This document shows positions 1 through 8,198 of a DNA stretch of 32,000 nt, piece after piece (positions within the stretch are counted from its first letter, which is position 1; the number at the start of each line of letters is the position of its first letter). Source of the DNA: Nostoc punctiforme PCC 73102 (GTDB taxonomy: Bacteria > Cyanobacteriota > Cyanobacteriia > Cyanobacteriales > Nostocaceae). Under the pieces are notes generated by a model. It did no database searches, had not been told where the DNA came from, and saw nothing but the letters and a program-made list of their open reading frames with translations. The stretch is taken from positions 5,040,001-5,072,000 of the forward strand of contig NC_010628.1 of NCBI RefSeq assembly GCF_000020025.1. Reading direction: 5' to 3'. The position numbers and the translations under genes are program-made.

Positions 1-1
1 A

Positions 2-1225
2 CAAGGGCAAGTTATTATTAGCCTAGAAAGTGATAGTGTCCAAGCGCAATTATTACAAGCAAAAGCTGCACTAGCACAAGCTCAAGCACGTCTTGCTGAA
101 CTCAAAGCAGGTACGCGACAAGAAGAAGTTGCCCAAGCTAGAGCGCAGTTAACCCAAGCCCAAGCTCGCTTGCGAGATGCTCAATCGGGGTCGCAACCAC
201 AAGAAATTGCTCAAGCTGAGGCTCAAATTCAGTCAGCTAAATCAGATGTAGAACTAGCACAGTCACGAGCCAAGCGATACGCACAATTGAGAAAAGAGGG
301 CGCAGTTTCTCAAGATACCTTAGAAGGATATGTCAAAGAACAGCAAAGTGCTGAAGCTGCACTGGTTGTAGCCCAGAAACGCCTAGCTCAACTCCGCCAA
401 AGCAGAACTTCTAGTGTCAATGAGCTGGCTGGAGCCTTGGAACAACAGAAACAAAACTTAAGGCAACTAGAAAATGGTTCCCGCCCAGAAGAAATTGCCC
501 AAGCGCGATCGCAAGTAACTCAAGCAGCAGCCCAAGTCCAAGCAGCCCAAGTTCAACTGCAATACACAAAAGTTCTGGCACCTTTTACTGGTACTGTTGG
601 CGATATTCCCACAAAAGTGGGAGATTATGTAGAAAAAGCAGATCAACTCACTACACTTACTAGAAACGATTCTTTAGAACTAAATATTTCCGTTCCCCTA
701 GAAGAAGCCAAAAAGCTGCGCTTGGGATTACTAGTGCAAATGCTGAACATCCAAGGTCAACCTACAGCAACGGGTAAGATAAGTTTCATCTCTCCAGATG
801 CTAGTTCAGATTCGCAGACAATTTTGGTTAAAGCTAATTTTGGTAATTCTAGAAGTCAACTGGTAAATCGCCAATCAGTGCAAACCAAAGTGATCTGGAA
901 CGAACGTCCAGGAATATTAATTCCAGTTACAGCAGTATCTCGCCTGGGTGGGGAGACCTTTGTATTTGTAGCTGAAGCGCCAACAGAAAAGAAAGCTGAA
1001 CCAACAGAAAAAAAAGCTGAAGCGCCAGCAGAAAAGAAAGCTGGAGCGCCATCTTTAGTTGCTCAACAAAAACCTGTGAAATTGGGAGTTATTGAGGGGA
1101 ATAATTATCAAGTTATCGAAGGACTAAAAGCTGGAGACAAAATTGTTGTTTCCGGTATTCTCAACCTAACTAATGGCGCTCCCATCACTCCCGCACCGCA
1201 AGAAGTGGGTAGTCAGAAGCCATAG
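2..1225 (+). CDS. RND efflux periplasmic adaptor (membrane-fusion protein, HlyD/AcrA family), 5' end cut by window edge
   Basis: The reading frame of the 170..1225 ORF stays open back to nt 2 (QGQVIISLESDSVQAQLLQAKAALAQAQARL...). It has long Q/A-rich coiled-coil segments followed by beta-barrel-type motifs (YTKVLAPFTGTVGDI, SVPLEEAKKL). It lies directly upstream of an RND permease gene. Confidence 0.8.
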   Translation, partial: QGQVIISLESDSVQAQLLQAKAALAQAQARLAELKAGTRQEEVAQARAQLTQAQARLRDAQSGSQPQEIAQAEAQIQSAKSDVELAQSRAKRYAQLRKEGAVSQDTLEGYVKEQQSAEAALVVAQKRLAQLRQSRTSSVNELAGALEQQKQNLRQLENGSRPEEIAQARSQVTQAAAQVQAAQVQLQYTKVLAPFTGTVGDIPTKVGDYVEKADQLTTLTRNDSLELNISVPLEEAKKLRLGLLVQMLNIQGQPTATGKISFISPDASSDSQTILVKANFGNSRSQLVNRQSVQTKVIWNERPGILIPVTAVSRLGGETFVFVAEAPTEKKAEPTEKKAEAPAEKKAGAPSLVAQQKPVKLGVIEGNNYQVIEGLKAGDKIVVSGILNLTNGAPITPAPQEVGSQKP

Positions 1226-1367
1226 GGAAGGGCAAGGGGGCAGGGGAGCAGGGGGGCAGGGAAAGATAAGGGAAGAAGAAGAATAACTATGCCCAATGCC
1301 CCATTCCCCATGCCCAATTCCCCATGCCCAATGCCCCAATACCTAATGCCAAATACCCAAAGCCCAA
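1225..1367 (+). repeat. Bipartite intercistronic repeat: G-run tract (1225-1261) plus C-rich heptamer array in 7-nt register (1289-1365)
   Basis: The G tract reads GGGaaGGGcaaGGGGGcaGGGGagcaGGGGGGcaGGG. The heptamers follow as ATGCCCA ATGCCCC ATTCCCC ATGCCCA ATTCCCC ATGCCCA ATGCCCC AATACCT AATGCCA AATACCC AAAGCCC. An 18-mer, GGGGGCAGGGGAGCAGGG (1236-1253), recurs at 18062-18079. Confidence 0.85.
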
Positions 1368-1378
1368 TTTTTTAAACT

Positions 1379-4300
1379 ATGTTTGTTGACTTCTTTATTA
1401 AGCGACCAATCTTTGCGTCGGTCTGCGCGATCGTCATACTTTTAATCGGATTAATCAGTATTCCCACACTACCGATCGCTAGATTCCCAGAAATTAGTCC
1501 CACCCAAATCACTGTAACTTCCAACTATAGCGGAGCTAGTGCAGAAGTTGTAGAAAGCGGAGTGACAAATATCTTAGAAAGGCAAATCAACGGGGTTGAG
1601 GGACTAAGATATCTCACTTCCAGCAGCAGTAATGATGGTACTAGTACTATTACAGCCACCTTTGATTCATCGCGGGATAAAGATATTGCGGCTGTGGATG
1701 TGCAAAATCGTGTTTCTGTTGCCCAACCACAACTACCAGATTCTGTGCAGCGCACAGGAGTGCGGGTATCAAAAGAATCTAGCAACATTCTCTTGGCGAT
1801 TGGTTTATACGCTGAAAATAGAGAGTACGACAATATATTCTTAAGCAACTATGCCGACCTTTACTTAGCAGATGCCTTAAAAAGAGTCAAAGGCGTGAGC
1901 AACGCTCAAATTTTTGGTGAACGTCGCTATGCAATGCGTCTGTGGTTAGATCCTAGTCGCCTTGCTAATCGGGGGCTAACGACCAAGGATGTAGCGAATG
2001 CTTTATCCGAACAAAACTTGCAAGTTGGTGCAGGGAGAATTGGACAAGAACCGGCTCCTGAAGGACAAAGGTATCAACTTGATGTGCGTGCTGCTAGCCG
2101 ATTAGCAGAACCAGCAGAATTTGAAGAAATTGTCCTCAAAACTGGAGATGATGGCACATTAGTCAAGCTCAAAGATGTCGGGAGAGCGGAACTGGGTGCA
2201 GAAAACTATAGTTCATTTCTGCGATTTCGTGGTAATGATGCTGTCGGTTTAGGGATTTATCAAGTTCCTGGTAGTAATGCCTTGGATGTGGCAAAGGGAG
2301 TCAAAGACGAACTAGTGCGATTAGCTCCGAGTTTTCCCCCAGGGCTGAAATATCAGGTAGCTTTTGACACGACATCCTTTGTAGAAGAGTCGATGTCAGA
2401 AGTTATCAAGACTCTGATTGAAGCGGTAGTGCTAGTTGTAATTGTAATTTTTGTGTTCTTACAAGACTGGCGAACTACTTTAATTCCAGCACTTACCATT
2501 CCGCTTTCCTTAATTGGGACATTTGCCTTCGTCAAAGTTTTTAACTTTTCCATCAATAGTTTGACTTTATTTGGTCTGACTTTAGCATCGGGGATGGTGG
2601 TCGATGATGCGATCGTTGTGGTGGAGCAAATCAGCCGCTTTATTCAGGATAAAGGAATTAATCCTCGTCGAGCCGCTAGTGAATCAATGAGGGAACTATT
2701 TGGCGCGGTTATTGCCACTTCATTAGTATTGATGGCGGTGTTTGTGCCAGTGGCGTTTTTTCCGGGAACCACAGGCGCACTTTATCGGCAATTTGCGCTA
2801 ACGATCGCTTTCTCCATTGCGATTTCAACTTTTTTGGCTTTGACCTTGACACCTTCCTTATGTGCGCTGCTGCTGCGTCAAGGACAAAAACCTTCAGGCT
2901 GGCTGGGTTGGATTTTTGGAAAGATTAATCGGTTTCTTGACTGGGTACAGAATGGTTATAAGCGATCGCTTACCTTCTTAACACACATCAAAGGTATTGT
3001 GATTGGGTTATTTATCGTCTCTTTGGGAATGACTGCTTGGTTGTACACCACAGTACCAACAGCTTTTCTACCCGATGAAGACGAAGGCTACTTCATCACC
3101 ATTATCCAAGGGCCACAAGGGGTTTCGCTGCAATATACTAGCGATGTGATTGCACAGGTAGAAAAAGAAATTCTGCAAATTCCAGAAGTACTGGGGACTT
3201 TTGCGATCGGAGGATTTGGTTTTAGTGGTAACACAGCTAACAGTGGCATCATATTTACCACTTTAAAATCTTGGGACGAGCGCTCAAAACCCGGTCAATC
3301 AGTACAGGCGATTATTGGCAGCTTGCAAGGGAAGTTGATGGCAATCCCAGAAGCTAGAGTTTTCCCTGTGAATCCTCCACCAATCCAGGGTTTAGGTAAC
3401 TTTGGGGGCTTCGTCTTTCAACTGCAAGACCGCAGAGGTAACAGTGGTTTAGAAAATCTAGTCCAGTCGATGGGTAAGTTGCTGGGTCAGGCTAATCAAA
3501 CACCAGGATTACAAGCTGTATTTAGCACCTTTGCCGCAGATACACCACAATTGCTTGTAGAAGTAGACCGCAATAAAGCCAAATCATTGCAAGTTTCTAT
3601 AGATGATGTCTTCAGTACTTTACAAACTGCTTTGGGATCGCAATATGTAAATGATTTTAATCTCCAGCAGCGTAATTATCGGGTGTATATCCAGGCAGAT
3701 CAACAGTTTCGTTCCAATCCAAAAGATATTGGCAAACTATACGTTCGTTCTCAAAAGAATCAAATGGTTCCTTTGAGTAACTTAGTTAAAGTTACTCAGA
3801 CTGTGGGAGCGCAAACGATAAATCACTATAATCTGTTCCGCTCGATTGAAATTAATGGTTCCGCCGCTCCTGGCTCTAGTTCGGGAGACGCAATTAAAGC
3901 AATGGAAAAAGTTGCTAAAGAAGTTTTACCAGCCGGCTATGGTTATGAATGGTCAGGGACTGCATTAGAAGAAATAGATTCTGGTGGTTTAGCACCCATA
4001 ATCTTTGGATTAGGAATAATTTTTGTATTTTTGGTACTAGCCGCTCAATACGAAAACTACGTTGACCCCTTTATCATTCTGTTATCAGTTCCTTTAGCTA
4101 TCTTTGGAGCGCTGATAGCTCAATCAATGCGGGGTTTTGCAAATGATGTTTACTGTCAAATTGGTCTAGTAATGTTGATCGGTTTAGCTAGTAAGAACGC
4201 AATTTTGATTGTGGAATTTGCTAATCAATTACGAGAGCAAGGGCTTTCGATTACTAAAGCAGTAATTGAGGCTTCGCAAGAGCGGTTACGCCCAATTTTG

Positions 4301-4570
4301 ATGACTGCTTTTTCTACATTATTAGGGATTTTCCCGTTAGCTGTTGCCACAGGTGCCGGTGCGGGAAGTCGTCAATCTTTGGGAACAGCAGTTTTTGGTG
4401 GGATGTTAATTGCGACTTTCTTGAGTTTGTTTGTAGTACCGATTTTGTATATCGTCATTAAGACGACAACAGAGCGCTTTATCCAACCAAATCGGCATCA
4501 AGAACTGCAAACAGATGCAGTTTCATTAGATGGTAAAAGTGCTGTATATTCAACAAAAGGAGAGAATTAG
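1379..4570 (+). CDS. RND multidrug/hydrophobe-amphiphile efflux permease (AcrB/MexB-like, HAE1 type)
   Basis: The 1063-aa ORF has the typical N-terminus MFVDFFIKRPIFA and a 12-TM architecture with two large periplasmic loops. Conserved TM4 and TM10-type motifs are present (ASGMVVDDAIVVVE; GLASKNAILIVEFA). It is paired with the adaptor gene upstream. Confidence 0.92.
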   Translation: MFVDFFIKRPIFASVCAIVILLIGLISIPTLPIARFPEISPTQITVTSNYSGASAEVVESGVTNILERQINGVEGLRYLTSSSSNDGTSTITATFDSSRDKDIAAVDVQNRVSVAQPQLPDSVQRTGVRVSKESSNILLAIGLYAENREYDNIFLSNYADLYLADALKRVKGVSNAQIFGERRYAMRLWLDPSRLANRGLTTKDVANALSEQNLQVGAGRIGQEPAPEGQRYQLDVRAASRLAEPAEFEEIVLKTGDDGTLVKLKDVGRAELGAENYSSFLRFRGNDAVGLGIYQVPGSNALDVAKGVKDELVRLAPSFPPGLKYQVAFDTTSFVEESMSEVIKTLIEAVVLVVIVIFVFLQDWRTTLIPALTIPLSLIGTFAFVKVFNFSINSLTLFGLTLASGMVVDDAIVVVEQISRFIQDKGINPRRAASESMRELFGAVIATSLVLMAVFVPVAFFPGTTGALYRQFALTIAFSIAISTFLALTLTPSLCALLLRQGQKPSGWLGWIFGKINRFLDWVQNGYKRSLTFLTHIKGIVIGLFIVSLGMTAWLYTTVPTAFLPDEDEGYFITIIQGPQGVSLQYTSDVIAQVEKEILQIPEVLGTFAIGGFGFSGNTANSGIIFTTLKSWDERSKPGQSVQAIIGSLQGKLMAIPEARVFPVNPPPIQGLGNFGGFVFQLQDRRGNSGLENLVQSMGKLLGQANQTPGLQAVFSTFAADTPQLLVEVDRNKAKSLQVSIDDVFSTLQTALGSQYVNDFNLQQRNYRVYIQADQQFRSNPKDIGKLYVRSQKNQMVPLSNLVKVTQTVGAQTINHYNLFRSIEINGSAAPGSSSGDAIKAMEKVAKEVLPAGYGYEWSGTALEEIDSGGLAPIIFGLGIIFVFLVLAAQYENYVDPFIILLSVPLAIFGALIAQSMRGFANDVYCQIGLVMLIGLASKNAILIVEFANQLREQGLSITKAVIEASQERLRPILMTAFSTLLGIFPLAVATGAGAGSRQSLGTAVFGGMLIATFLSLFVVPILYIVIKTTTERFIQPNRHQELQTDAVSLDGKSAVYSTKGEN

Positions 4571-4574
4571 GATT

Positions 4575-4648
4575 AATTCGTAATGGGCTTTGCCCCGCTA
4601 CGCTCTAAGCAAAGCTATGCCGCAGGCTTTACGTAATTCGTAATTAAT
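4575..4648. repeat. Nostoc-type dispersed repeat flanked by AATTCGT heptamers
   Basis: AATTCGTAAT occurs on both sides (4575.., 4634..), and the same heptamer repeats at 16599-16618. The inner stem is GCTTTGC...GCAAAGC, and a CGCTACGCT-type motif common in Nostoc intergenic DNA is present. Confidence 0.6.
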
Positions 4649-4737
4649 TTTTCCCTATTATCTATGCTCCTCTTCCCTGTCTCCTATAAACATCGTAGTA
4701 TGAGGAGATGGGGAAAACTAGTTTTAAGGGGGAATGC

Positions 4738-5202
4738 ATGAAAATCGCTATTGGCAGTGATGAACGCACCAACCTTACTGATAGGATACTGGAAGAACTT
4801 AAGCAGCGTGGGCATGAAGTTATAGTCTTCGGTTCCTTAGCTGAGAATGATTTAGAAGTTGATTGGCCCCTCAGTTGTAGTAAAGTTGCTTTGGCAGTAG
4901 CAACCCAAAAAGCAGATGAGGGGATTGTCTTTTGTTGGACTGGTACTGGTGCATCTATTGCCGCCAACAAAGTCTTAGGGATACGTGCAGCATTATGCCA
5001 TGATGCTGAAACTGCACGTGGGGCACGTATTTGGAATCATGCGAATGTCCTAGTATTAAGTTTACGTGCCACTACAGAAGCGATCGCAAAAGAAATATTA
5101 GATGCCTGGTTTAGCACACCCTTTTCTGAAGATGAGTGGAACATCTTGCAAATGGAGCGGATTAGACAGTTAGAGAAAAGTGCTTTATTTCAGCAATCTT
5201 AG
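4738..5202 (+). CDS. RpiB/LacA/LacB-family sugar-phosphate isomerase (ribose-5-phosphate isomerase B-like)
   Basis: MKIAIGSDERTNLTDRILEELKQRGHEVIVFG... and CWTGTGASIAANKVLGIRAALCHD are typical RpiB motifs. The ATG at 4738 gives the canonical MKIAIGSD N-terminus, while the track start at 4708 adds 10 atypical residues. Confidence 0.8.
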   Translation: MKIAIGSDERTNLTDRILEELKQRGHEVIVFGSLAENDLEVDWPLSCSKVALAVATQKADEGIVFCWTGTGASIAANKVLGIRAALCHDAETARGARIWNHANVLVLSLRATTEAIAKEILDAWFSTPFSEDEWNILQMERIRQLEKSALFQQS

Positions 5203-7155
5203 ACCACTGAGGGTAACTAATACTGTAGAACCTTCATGCCCAATCACGCCAATAGGTAAGTTAATACTTCCTAGAAAGTTGCCCACCAAAAGCAACACAA
5301 TAAAACTCAACGCTACGAATATATTCTGTTTGACTATGGATTGCGATCGCCTGCCCAAATGCATCGCTACAGCAATTTTTTCTAACTTGTCTGCCATCAG
5401 TACTATATCTGCGGCTTCTAGTGCCACATCGCTACCAGATATTCCCATCGCTATACCCACAGATGCTTGCGCTAAAGCTGGTGCATCATTAATTCCATCG
5501 CCCACCATTGCCACTGTTTGATACTTTTGCTGTAGATGGCGGATAACATCTAGCTTATCTTCTGGTAGAAGTTGAGCATATACCCGATCGATTCCTACAG
5601 CTTTGGCGACACTTTGAGCAGTTTCTTCATTATCTCCAGTTAACATGACAATTTGCTCAATTCCCAGTTGCTTTAAGCGCGTAATGGTTGCTGTTGCTTG
5701 CGATCTTACTTCATCTGCGATCGCAATTACACCCATCACCTCTGCTATATTTCCTTGCGCTACCCAAACCACAGTTTTACCTTCTTGCTCCAAAGATTGA
5801 GCTATTTCTCGCAACTCTTCAGGTAAATTTGTCACATACTGCTGCACAAAAACAGCATTGCCCACAATTATTTGTTGTTCTTGAGCGATTCCGACAATTC
5901 CCTGTCCAGGTATTGCTTGGACTTGTATTGCACCAACCAAGTCCAAATCACCCTTCGGGTTCAACAGTTTCGACTCGACGGGAACCGCCAAGACTCGAAC
6001 TGTTTCACCAGCTGCCTGCACAATTGCCTTACCGATGGGATGTTCTGAATATGACTCCACACTAGCGGCGGCTTTTAATACATTTGATTGGGTGTATTCA
6101 CTAACTGAAATTACCTGGAATACCTGCAACTGCCCTGTTGTCAGAGTACCAGTTTTATCAAATGCGATCGCTCGGACTTTGCCAATTTTCTCCAACTGTG
6201 CGCCATTTTTAAACAAAATCCCCTGTCTTGCACCGTTGGCGATTCCCGAAAGCAGGGTGGGCATAATTGCAGCCATCAGCGCACAGGGAGAAGCCACCAC
6301 TAAGAAAGTCAGTGCCCGATAAATTGTTGTTTCCCAATCCCAACCCCAAAGAAATGGCGGTAAAGTTGCCAGTAATGTTCCGGCTACTACAATGACTTTG
6401 GCATATCCTTTTTCAAAGCGATCGATAAACTCTTGCGAAGGAGGTGCTTCTGTCTGCGCCTGTTCTACCAAGCGAATCACACGCTGAATCAAACTGCTTT
6501 GGGCTGGTTTGTGTACCTTAATCTGCAATGCACCATAGCCGTTAAGTGTGCCGGCAAATACTTCTGCACCCACTGTTTTCTCTACAGGTAAAGACTCGCC
6601 TGTAATTGCAGCTTGATTGAGGGTGCTGTAACCAGATAAAATTATCCCATCGGTAGGAATTAGCTCTCCAGGTTTAACGACAATCTCATCACCCACTTTT
6701 AACTGACTAATCGGAATTTCTTCTTCTCTTCCCTGAAGCAAAACTCTTGCTGTATCTGGTGTCAGGCTCATCAAACTGCGGATACTCCGCTCAGTTCGCG
6801 CCATTGCATAGCCTTCTAATGCGCCACTGATAGCAAAAATCAGAATCAAAATTGCCCCATCAATAATTAGATGATATTCTCGTCGCCATAAGCCGAGACT
6901 CGCAGCACCAATGGCCGCCACAATCATCAGCAAATCTACATCGAGTTCTTTTTCTTTGAAGAGGGTAGTCAATCCTTCCCGCGCACTTTCGTAACCACCA
7001 ATTACATAAGCAGCAGGTAGTAGCAGGAACGCGAATCCCAAAGCGCCAAGATGTAAGGCGAACCATCCGAGAAATAACAGTAAGCCACACAAAAGGGCTG
7101 CTACGGTATCTGCGTGTTCTCTGGTGAATTGGCCCAAACGTTGGGGGTAGAGCAT
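5185..7155 (-). CDS. coaT: P1B-4-type heavy-metal (Co/Zn/Cd-type) translocating P-type ATPase, CoaT-like
   Basis: The protein carries DKTGTLT, GDGINDAP and TGES motifs. It has an SPC (not CPC) motif in the metal-binding TM helix (VVASPCALMAAIMP), HEGST in the last TM helix (IGHEGSTVLV) and no N-terminal metal-binding domain. Together these are P1B-4 hallmarks. A CoaR-like regulator is encoded nearby. Confidence 0.85.
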   Translation of the reverse strand: MLYPQRLGQFTREHADTVAALLCGLLLFLGWFALHLGALGFAFLLLPAAYVIGGYESAREGLTTLFKEKELDVDLLMIVAAIGAASLGLWRREYHLIIDGAILILIFAISGALEGYAMARTERSIRSLMSLTPDTARVLLQGREEEIPISQLKVGDEIVVKPGELIPTDGIILSGYSTLNQAAITGESLPVEKTVGAEVFAGTLNGYGALQIKVHKPAQSSLIQRVIRLVEQAQTEAPPSQEFIDRFEKGYAKVIVVAGTLLATLPPFLWGWDWETTIYRALTFLVVASPCALMAAIMPTLLSGIANGARQGILFKNGAQLEKIGKVRAIAFDKTGTLTTGQLQVFQVISVSEYTQSNVLKAAASVESYSEHPIGKAIVQAAGETVRVLAVPVESKLLNPKGDLDLVGAIQVQAIPGQGIVGIAQEQQIIVGNAVFVQQYVTNLPEELREIAQSLEQEGKTVVWVAQGNIAEVMGVIAIADEVRSQATATITRLKQLGIEQIVMLTGDNEETAQSVAKAVGIDRVYAQLLPEDKLDVIRHLQQKYQTVAMVGDGINDAPALAQASVGIAMGISGSDVALEAADIVLMADKLEKIAVAMHLGRRSQSIVKQNIFVALSFIVLLLVGNFLGSINLPIGVIGHEGSTVLVTLSGLRLLK

Positions 7156-7181
7156 GAAAAGTGAATTAACAGGACTCTCTC

Positions 7182-7220
7182 ACGCTAAACCTTAACATTA
7201 ATGTTAATGTCAAGGTTTAG
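7182..7220 (-). promoter_or_regulatory. MerR-type operator-promoter of the ATPase gene: 36-bp dyad with -35 TTGACA, 20-nt spacer, -10 TAGCGT (minus strand)
   Basis: CTAAACCTTAACATTAAT|GTTAATGTCAAGGTTTAG (7185-7220) matches at 16 of 18 positions per arm. On the minus strand TTGACA is 7213-7208 and TAGCGT is 7187-7182, leaving a 20-nt spacer. Overlong spacers with an embedded dyad are typical of MerR-family activated promoters. The start codon lies about 27 nt downstream. Confidence 0.6.
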
Positions 7221-7271
7221 AATGATTTTGAAACCCATAGGCGCTTGCCTTGCCGTAGCGTAGGGGTGTCC

Positions 7272-7291
7272 AAAAAAAGCGTAAAGTACGC
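7272..7291 (-). terminator. Possible intrinsic terminator closing the SUKH/deaminase/Imm1 cassette
   Basis: The minus strand reads GCGTA-CTT-TACGC followed by TTTTTTT, 37 nt after the Imm1-like stop. The stem is short (5 bp), so confidence is moderate. Confidence 0.4.
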
Positions 7292-7327
7292 AATGCAACA
7301 AGGATATTACGCCATGTTTGCTATTTG

Positions 7328-7741
7328 TCAAACTCGCTCCAAAATTTCATCTTTTTCCCAATTCACTGATTCTTCCATTGTCCCAAGCTCTGCGAAAGCT
7401 TTAGCAGCTTTAAGAGTTGCATCCAAGTCAACACAGGATTTAGCAGGATAAACACCTTCTTGACCCCCAACTATCACGAATTCATTCATATCTGATTTAG
7501 AGGGGTCAACAAGATAATGAAAACTCTCATTATCAAATGTCAAATACACTATATATTTTCCTAAACCACCACCCACAGCCATGTGAGTTTCACTATCTGT
7601 TTCTAAAGTTACAAGTGTTTTGTGATGCCCGTCTAACTCTCTAATAGCTGATTCTATTTCTTGCCAACTGTGCGCTTGCTCGACACAACCCTTATTTTGA
7701 TTACCCATCCAATCTTCAACTGAAAATTTTGTGATGAACAT
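7328..7741 (-). CDS. Imm1-like immunity protein (polymorphic-toxin system immunity family)
   Basis: The 137-aa acidic alpha+beta-looking protein ends with a Trp-containing C-terminus (SVNWEKDEILERV). Its ATG lies 8 nt after the stop of the deaminase-like ORF, with GAGG overlapping that stop. The family assignment comes from remembered family features, not from a search. Confidence 0.55.
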   Translation of the reverse strand: MFITKFSVEDWMGNQNKGCVEQAHSWQEIESAIRELDGHHKTLVTLETDSETHMAVGGGLGKYIVYLTFDNESFHYLVDPSKSDMNEFVIVGGQEGVYPAKSCVDLDATLKAAKAFAELGTMEESVNWEKDEILERV

Positions 7742-7749
7742 AATTAACC

Positions 7750-8176
7750 TCAGATCAGTGTAATTGTCTGACGATCGCTAGGGCTAATAACTTCTATTTC
7801 TTCTATACCAAGCTGTCTAGCCATTCCTTTCACACCTCCGTTTTGACCACACGCCCTACAAAGATCCCGGTCAACTGTTAAACGCGCTTTCCCTCCTCTT
7901 AATCCTGCATCAAAGGCTTGTTGAAAGGCATCAGCTTCAGCGTGTGTGCGACTAATTGGATTTACTTTAAGTGTAATCTTTCTGCGATTGGGATTACTGC
8001 CTGCACTGATACCAAAAAATACACTACCACTTATTTCTAACTTTGCGATTGTAGAACGGTCGTCTTCACTACCTGCTGGAGTCAGGCCAAGCTGTTGCCT
8101 ATACTCTGCTAATTCTTCAAAAATAAGCTTATATCTCCATTGTTTAATACGACTTACCCAATCACTAAGTTTTCAT
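7750..8176 (-). pseudogene. Deaminase-fold toxin-domain ORF (HAE...CxxC), lacking an in-frame start; an ATG at 8176 is 1 nt out of frame across an A4 run
   Basis: My own translation of the minus strand 8172->7750 gives KLSDWVSRIKQWRYKLIFEELAEYRQQLGLTPAGSEDDRSTIAKLEISGSVFFGISAGSNPNRRKITLKVNPISRTHAEADAFQQAFDAGLRGGKARLTVDRDLCRACGQNGGVKGMARQLGIEEIEVISPSDRQTITLI*. THAE plus C-R-A-C is the zinc-binding signature of cytidine-deaminase-fold enzymes. This ORF is not in the supplied track. The 7946..8197 plus-strand ORF is its antisense shadow. Confidence 0.55.
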
Positions 8177-8198
8177 CTATTACAATGTGACTCCTAGC

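Noticed and set aside
5180-7090. Several plus- and minus-strand ORFs (5180..5521, 5688..6065, 6035..6322, 6860..7090) inside the ATPase gene
   Set aside because: They overlap a 656-aa ORF carrying all P-type ATPase signature motifs. They have no recognisable motifs and are shadow frames.
7946-8197. Track ORF of 83 aa on the plus strand
   Set aside because: It lies exactly antisense to the better-supported minus-strand deaminase-like ORF. Its sequence is low-complexity and hydrophobic, with no motif, start context or SD. It is treated as a shadow ORF.
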